A DNA stretch of 64,000 bases from Andalucia godoyi And28 (lineage: Eukaryota; Protista; Jakobida). Position 1 is the stretch's first letter; every line of letters starts with the position of its first letter. Of the stretch, positions 60,165 through 64,000 are shown one piece after another. The notes below the pieces were generated by a model. The model worked only from the letters and a program-made list of their open reading frames with translations, did not search any database and had not been told where the DNA came from. The translations under genes were made by a program, and so were the position numbers. The DNA lies in contig VRVR01000052.1 in NCBI GenBank assembly GCA_009859145.1, positions 124,001-188,000 of the forward strand, written 5' to 3'.

Positions 60165-60711
60165 TTCTTCTTTTCCTTCTCTCTGCAAGTAGTACCTTTT
60201 TTATGTTAAAATACAACAAACCAAAACAAAACAAAATAAAGAAGACAGAAAAGAGAAAAATCAGAACCAAGAAGCTTTCGGGATTGTGGATGTTTTACGT
60301 TCACAAGCCAATTGTGCGGAGATGCGGAGGACGTTTCTGTTCGGGGGTTTTGTTCACGATGCCCATTATTCCAATGCACGTCGGACGTTTACTGAGGTTT
60401 TCATGCAGATTTTATTATTGCGGTCGGGAACTCCGAAAGGAAGGCTTTTCTTTTTTTGGAAGATTTGACGGTGGGTTGATGGGTCATGCGGTGAAAAAGG
60501 CAGGCAGCAAAAGTCCGACGAACCCCAGATCATACCGGTAATAAAAACAGCCTGCTGTAGAAGGACTACAGCAGTTCTCCGGGTCGTCGTGTCCCGATAA
60601 CTGTGATCCTCAACTGTGGTGCGCGAGTCCTTTCGCCAAATGGTTTCGTATGATAAGCGCATGGTGCAGAGCAATCTATTGTTGCTATGACAGCACATCG
60701 GCCACGGGTGT

Positions 60712-60786
60712 CTGTGTGTGTGTGTGTGTTTGTTTGTGTGTGTGTGTGTGATAGACAGATAGACAGATAGATAGAGAGATAGATAG
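60712..60786. repeat. (TG)n followed by (ATAG/ACAG)n microsatellite
   Basis: Directly visible. Confidence 0.85.
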
Positions 60787-60875
60787 GTCTCCAGTTTCAA
60801 TCGTTCATTCGATTTTTCTTATAGACCAGGTTTTCTTTTGGGAGAAGCGCGTACGGCAGGTGAGAAAGAGAGAGA

Positions 60876-62672
60876 ATGCAGAGCGCGCAACGGCTGGCTC
60901 GCGGATTGTTTACGAGCTTGCGACGATTTGGGAATTATTCAGATATGGAAGCTCGGATTTCAAAGGCTGTGGCGGACGCAAAAAGCATCGGGGTGCTTCC
61001 TTCTCAGCAGCCAAAGCTGCCTGCATTGCGGCTGGAATGGGCAACGCTTGCTGCCGAGATTGAGAAGCAGGTCGCCGCTTCCTCTTCCTCCTCCTCCTCC
61101 TCCTCCTCCTCCTCCTCCTCCTCTTTGGCGACGGCAGCTACGAGTGCGGGTGGGATCGATGGGAAGATGAGGTCCAGGATGCACTTGGCGGTTGTGTATC
61201 GGCATGGGCTGGGGGTTGAGCAGTCGTATGAGAACGCCGAGCGCACACTGCTGCAGCTTCTTTCGTCGGAGCAGGGTGTCGCGGAAAGCACTACTTCCTC
61301 TGCTGCAGAGTCCTTTGCAGAGGTGTATTTCTCGCTGGGATCGCTGTATCTTGCCATGTCGTCGCAAATTCGCAACGACTGGGAGGCGTTTGTGCAGCAG
61401 TCGGTGTTGGCCACCATCGATGCATACCGAAGGAACCGTCAGCACAGGGGCGCACAGGATAGCCGACTGCCTCCGCAGATAGAAGAAGAGGAAGAAGAGG
61501 GAGCAAAGGGAAGGGGAGACGCCGAAAGTTCCGGCAAGGAGGGGTATGTGAGCGTACCTTCTGCGAGTGAGCCGGCGTTCTCGGCAATGGAGAGCACAGA
61601 ATGGGGCGAGCTTTTCAGAAAACGAGATCTCGTGTCTGCAGAAGTTCAGGCGATCTTGCGAGAAAACAGGCAGCAAAAGAAGCGGAATTCAGCCGACAGA
61701 GTCTCTGCGTTGAAGTCGGCAGAATCTAGCTTTTCCAGCGAGTTTAGCGAGCGGTATTCGAAAGCAAAGAGGCAGGCAGCGTTCATGCTCTTGGAGGCCG
61801 TGAACCGCGGTTCGGCGGCCGCGTGCATTTTACTCACAGAGCTCTTTCCGTCGCAGCGCTACCGATTCTTGGACATGGCTGCCTCTGCGGAATACGGATA
61901 CTATCCACCCGCGGTCTATGAACTGCTGAGCCCGCTCATGACGGACGAAGCCGCTTCGGTGGCCGATTCCGAAAAGTCGCTGCTGCTCCAAGCCATTTCG
62001 CATCATCCGTCCAATGGCGATCTGCTTTTCCTGCTTTCGTTTGTCTGTCTTTCGTCCAAGACAACTCTATCCATTCATGAAATGCAGTCCATCTCGCCGA
62101 CCATTGCAAAGGACTGCGCAGCGCACAGCAGCAGCGACGCCGACGCCGTTGTTCGAGAGTTTGGTTTTGCAGTGCTGAAACACTGCGCCTCCGTTCTTGG
62201 GCACGGCCAAGCACAGTGGCTGTTATCGCGGTATCTGTTCGCAGGAAACCTGTGTACCGCCGATGAAAAGGAGTCGTGGACGTATCTTTTACGCGCTGCG
62301 GACCAAGGATACCCCGATGCGCTGTTGGAGGCCGCGCAAGCATTGTATCACGGAACCGGCGGTGGCGGTGTCGTCCGTCGTGATGTTGATGCTGCGTACG
62401 AGTACTTTGAAAAGGCTGCATACGTGTGCGGGATTGGCGAAGCGTTCTGCGCGCTCGCCGTGATCCACTACAAGGCGGAAAGCCTGCGGTATGCGCCAAG
62501 CCCCGATTTTCGCAAGGCGTTTCATCTCTACGAACGAGCATCGGAACTCGATTGCCCGCTTGCGTGGACCGCACTTGCAGACATGTATGCACAAGGCCGA
62601 GGCGTCGCGCAGGATCAAAAACTAGCAGCCTACTTTGCAAAACTCGCCCACGACCATTCCATGTACGCCTGA
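60876..62672 (+). CDS. Sel1-like repeat protein, probably mitochondrial
   Basis: Arg-rich, acid-free presequence MQSAQRLARGLFTSLRRF; Sel1 repeats such as LAVVYRHGLGVEQS, LADMYAQGRGVAQD, AFHLYERAS. Confidence 0.85.
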   Translation: MQSAQRLARGLFTSLRRFGNYSDMEARISKAVADAKSIGVLPSQQPKLPALRLEWATLAAEIEKQVAASSSSSSSSSSSSSSSLATAATSAGGIDGKMRSRMHLAVVYRHGLGVEQSYENAERTLLQLLSSEQGVAESTTSSAAESFAEVYFSLGSLYLAMSSQIRNDWEAFVQQSVLATIDAYRRNRQHRGAQDSRLPPQIEEEEEEGAKGRGDAESSGKEGYVSVPSASEPAFSAMESTEWGELFRKRDLVSAEVQAILRENRQQKKRNSADRVSALKSAESSFSSEFSERYSKAKRQAAFMLLEAVNRGSAAACILLTELFPSQRYRFLDMAASAEYGYYPPAVYELLSPLMTDEAASVADSEKSLLLQAISHHPSNGDLLFLLSFVCLSSKTTLSIHEMQSISPTIAKDCAAHSSSDADAVVREFGFAVLKHCASVLGHGQAQWLLSRYLFAGNLCTADEKESWTYLLRAADQGYPDALLEAAQALYHGTGGGGVVRRDVDAAYEYFEKAAYVCGIGEAFCALAVIHYKAESLRYAPSPDFRKAFHLYERASELDCPLAWTALADMYAQGRGVAQDQKLAAYFAKLAHDHSMYA

Positions 62673-62701
62673 ACCCTGAACCCTGAACCCTGAACCCTGA
62701 A
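62668..62701 (-). repeat. Interstitial telomere-like tract (TTCAGGG)n, about 5 copies
   Basis: Plus strand CCTGAA(CCCTGAA)4, overlapping the Sel1 gene stop codon. Confidence 0.85.
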
Positions 62702-63019
62702 ACCTCATCTGCCACCTCCCACACCCCCTCCAGGATAAAGCGCTTGTAAGAATGATTGTTGTCGTACCCACTGCTCTTGTCGGTTATTGCACTCACTCTC
62801 CGCTGTTCAATCTTCTCTACTTTTTTTTTGTCACTTCTGCTGCTTCACCTGCCGTAAAGGGCACCGATACTGTAGTCCGCACAGGGTTGTTTTGTCGTGT
62901 TTTCCAGATGCTTCGTGTTGTATAGATTTATTTTGCTATTAGGCTTATGAACTGCAAAGCCCAGCAGACGTTCGCGGAGACCATACACCAAGCCTAGCTC
63001 ATTGCCATCCAAGGAAATA

Positions 63020-63473
63020 ATGTCTCTCAAGTATGTTTCTTTTGCTCTTTTCCCCCTCCTTCTTCTTCATCGCTCGGCCAACGTTAATAATGCTGATTCT
63101 AATTTGTTATGGTTTCCGTTTTGTTCCTGCTTGGTTTGTCACTTGTCTTCTGTATAGACGTGGTCGACCCGAGTCTCCCGAGCCGAGCAGTACGGCCGCC
63201 TCCGCAGAGCACGAAGGACCGCTTTCGGTGCTGGTGGAGAGCGTCAAGAGCCAGGCCCCGGTTCTCGTGTCGTGTCGCAACAACAAGAAGCTGCTGGGGC
63301 GACTACGAGCGTTTGACCGACATTTCAACATGGTTTTGGAAGACGTGCGAGAGATTTGGACTGAGCCGCCAAAGAAGAAGGGCGCAAAGGGGGTCCATCG
63401 AGACCGGTTTCTCGCCAAGCTTTTCCTCCGAGGCGACTCGGTGATCCTCGTCCTCCCGAATCCTGCCGGTTGA
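63020..63473 (+). CDS. SNRPD2: Small nuclear ribonucleoprotein Sm D2, two exons (63020-63030, 63158-63473)
   Basis: GPLSVL...[13 protein letters not shown]...[11 protein letters not shown]...[12 protein letters not shown]; intron GTATGT...TAG (63031-63157) joins ATG TCT CTC AA|A in frame. Confidence 0.93.
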
Positions 63474-63675
63474 TTTGCAGGTATCATGGGGTATTGGCAT
63501 GGTTGGTGTTTTTTGTTTTGTCGCCCAACCTTTGCACTGTAAAGAAGAGCAAAAAACGGACGACAAGGCATGGATGTTTTTTCCCTTTTTACTCACTCAC
63601 CGGGTACTTTTATCTATGACAGGATTGCTTCCCAGAGGCAGGGGGAACAGTTTGTGGTTTACTTTCTTCCATTCA

Positions 63676-64000
63676 TTATTTGAGCGGCTTGATGAGCTCG
63701 ACCTTGAGACCGGGGGGAAGGGCCTGGCGGATCTTCTCGACCTTCTTCTTATCGGGGCATGCAAACGTGTAGAGGTAGTCAGCGGCGCGGACCTTCAGCT
63801 TGAAGATCCCAGTCGACTTGTTCTTCTTGATCTTGATCACTACAAACATAGCACCACAAACAAAAACACACACACACACACACACACACACCAAAAAGGA
63901 TAATATGCGCACATATACAAGGTTAGAAATGGTCATGGACTGGAAAAAAGAAGCAGAACATTGGGGACTAAACATACGCTTCGAAGAAGACTTGCGGGCG
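63676..64000 (-). CDS. RPL38: 60S ribosomal protein L38, 5'-truncated by the window; exons 64000-63978 and 63839-63676
   Basis: ARKSSSK|LIKIKKNK...KLKVR...YLYT...KKVEKIRQALPPGL; intron GTATGT...GTAG (63840-63977) contains a (TG)n run. Confidence 0.92.
   Translation of the reverse strand, partial: ARKSSSKRMFSPQCSASFFQSMTISNLVYVRILSFLVCVCVCVCVFVCGAMFVVIKIKKNKSTGIFKLKVRAADYLYTFACPDKKKVEKIRQALPPGLKVELIKPLK

Noticed and set aside
31-63975. Numerous 60-270 aa ORFs antisense to or overlapping confident genes
   Set aside because: These are shadow ORFs of codon-biased genes and microsatellites (poly-C, poly-R, poly-V runs) with no independent motifs.
1-64000. CRISPR arrays, rRNA, tRNA and bacterial operon structure
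   Set aside because: No repeat-spacer arrays or recognisable rRNA/tRNA were seen by eye; histones, introns and ER/spliceosome genes show this is a eukaryotic nucleus. tRNAscan would be needed to exclude tRNAs fully.

Overview
This is eukaryotic nuclear DNA from a compact, gene-dense, intron-poor protist, probably a heterotrophic flagellate; the species cannot be determined from the sequence alone. It holds about 30 protein genes under the standard code. Recognisable ones are DDI1, CTU2, BiP, TERT, ADP/ATP carrier, UFD1, TRPC4AP, CNOT11, SmD2, RPL38, FAM221, an MFS transporter, a DEDDy exonuclease, a CHASE-adenylyl cyclase, an ADP-ribosylglycohydrolase, a divergent kinesin and a Sel1-repeat protein. 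Four GT-AG introns could be placed by hand. Signals not evident from the ORF track: (1) two unlinked, decayed relics of one Fanzor/TnpB (IS607-like, Fanzor2-type) element at about 5.4-5.7 kb (+) and 32.7-33.4 kb (-), sharing a UUCG-capped hairpin and a common right end followed by different flanks, which predicts an omegaRNA scaffold and guides; (2) an intron-split, secreted, bacterial-type NlpC/P60/CHAP-like Cys-His hydrolase; (3) two nucleotide-identical copies of an unusual H3.3-like histone with an 8-aa Gly-rich loop-1 insertion that removes K79; (4) a polyQ protein with tandem degenerate methylglyoxal-synthase-like domains; (5) an interstitial (TTCAGGG)n telomere-like tract in the same window as TERT. 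All family assignments come from motif recognition by eye, not database searches.
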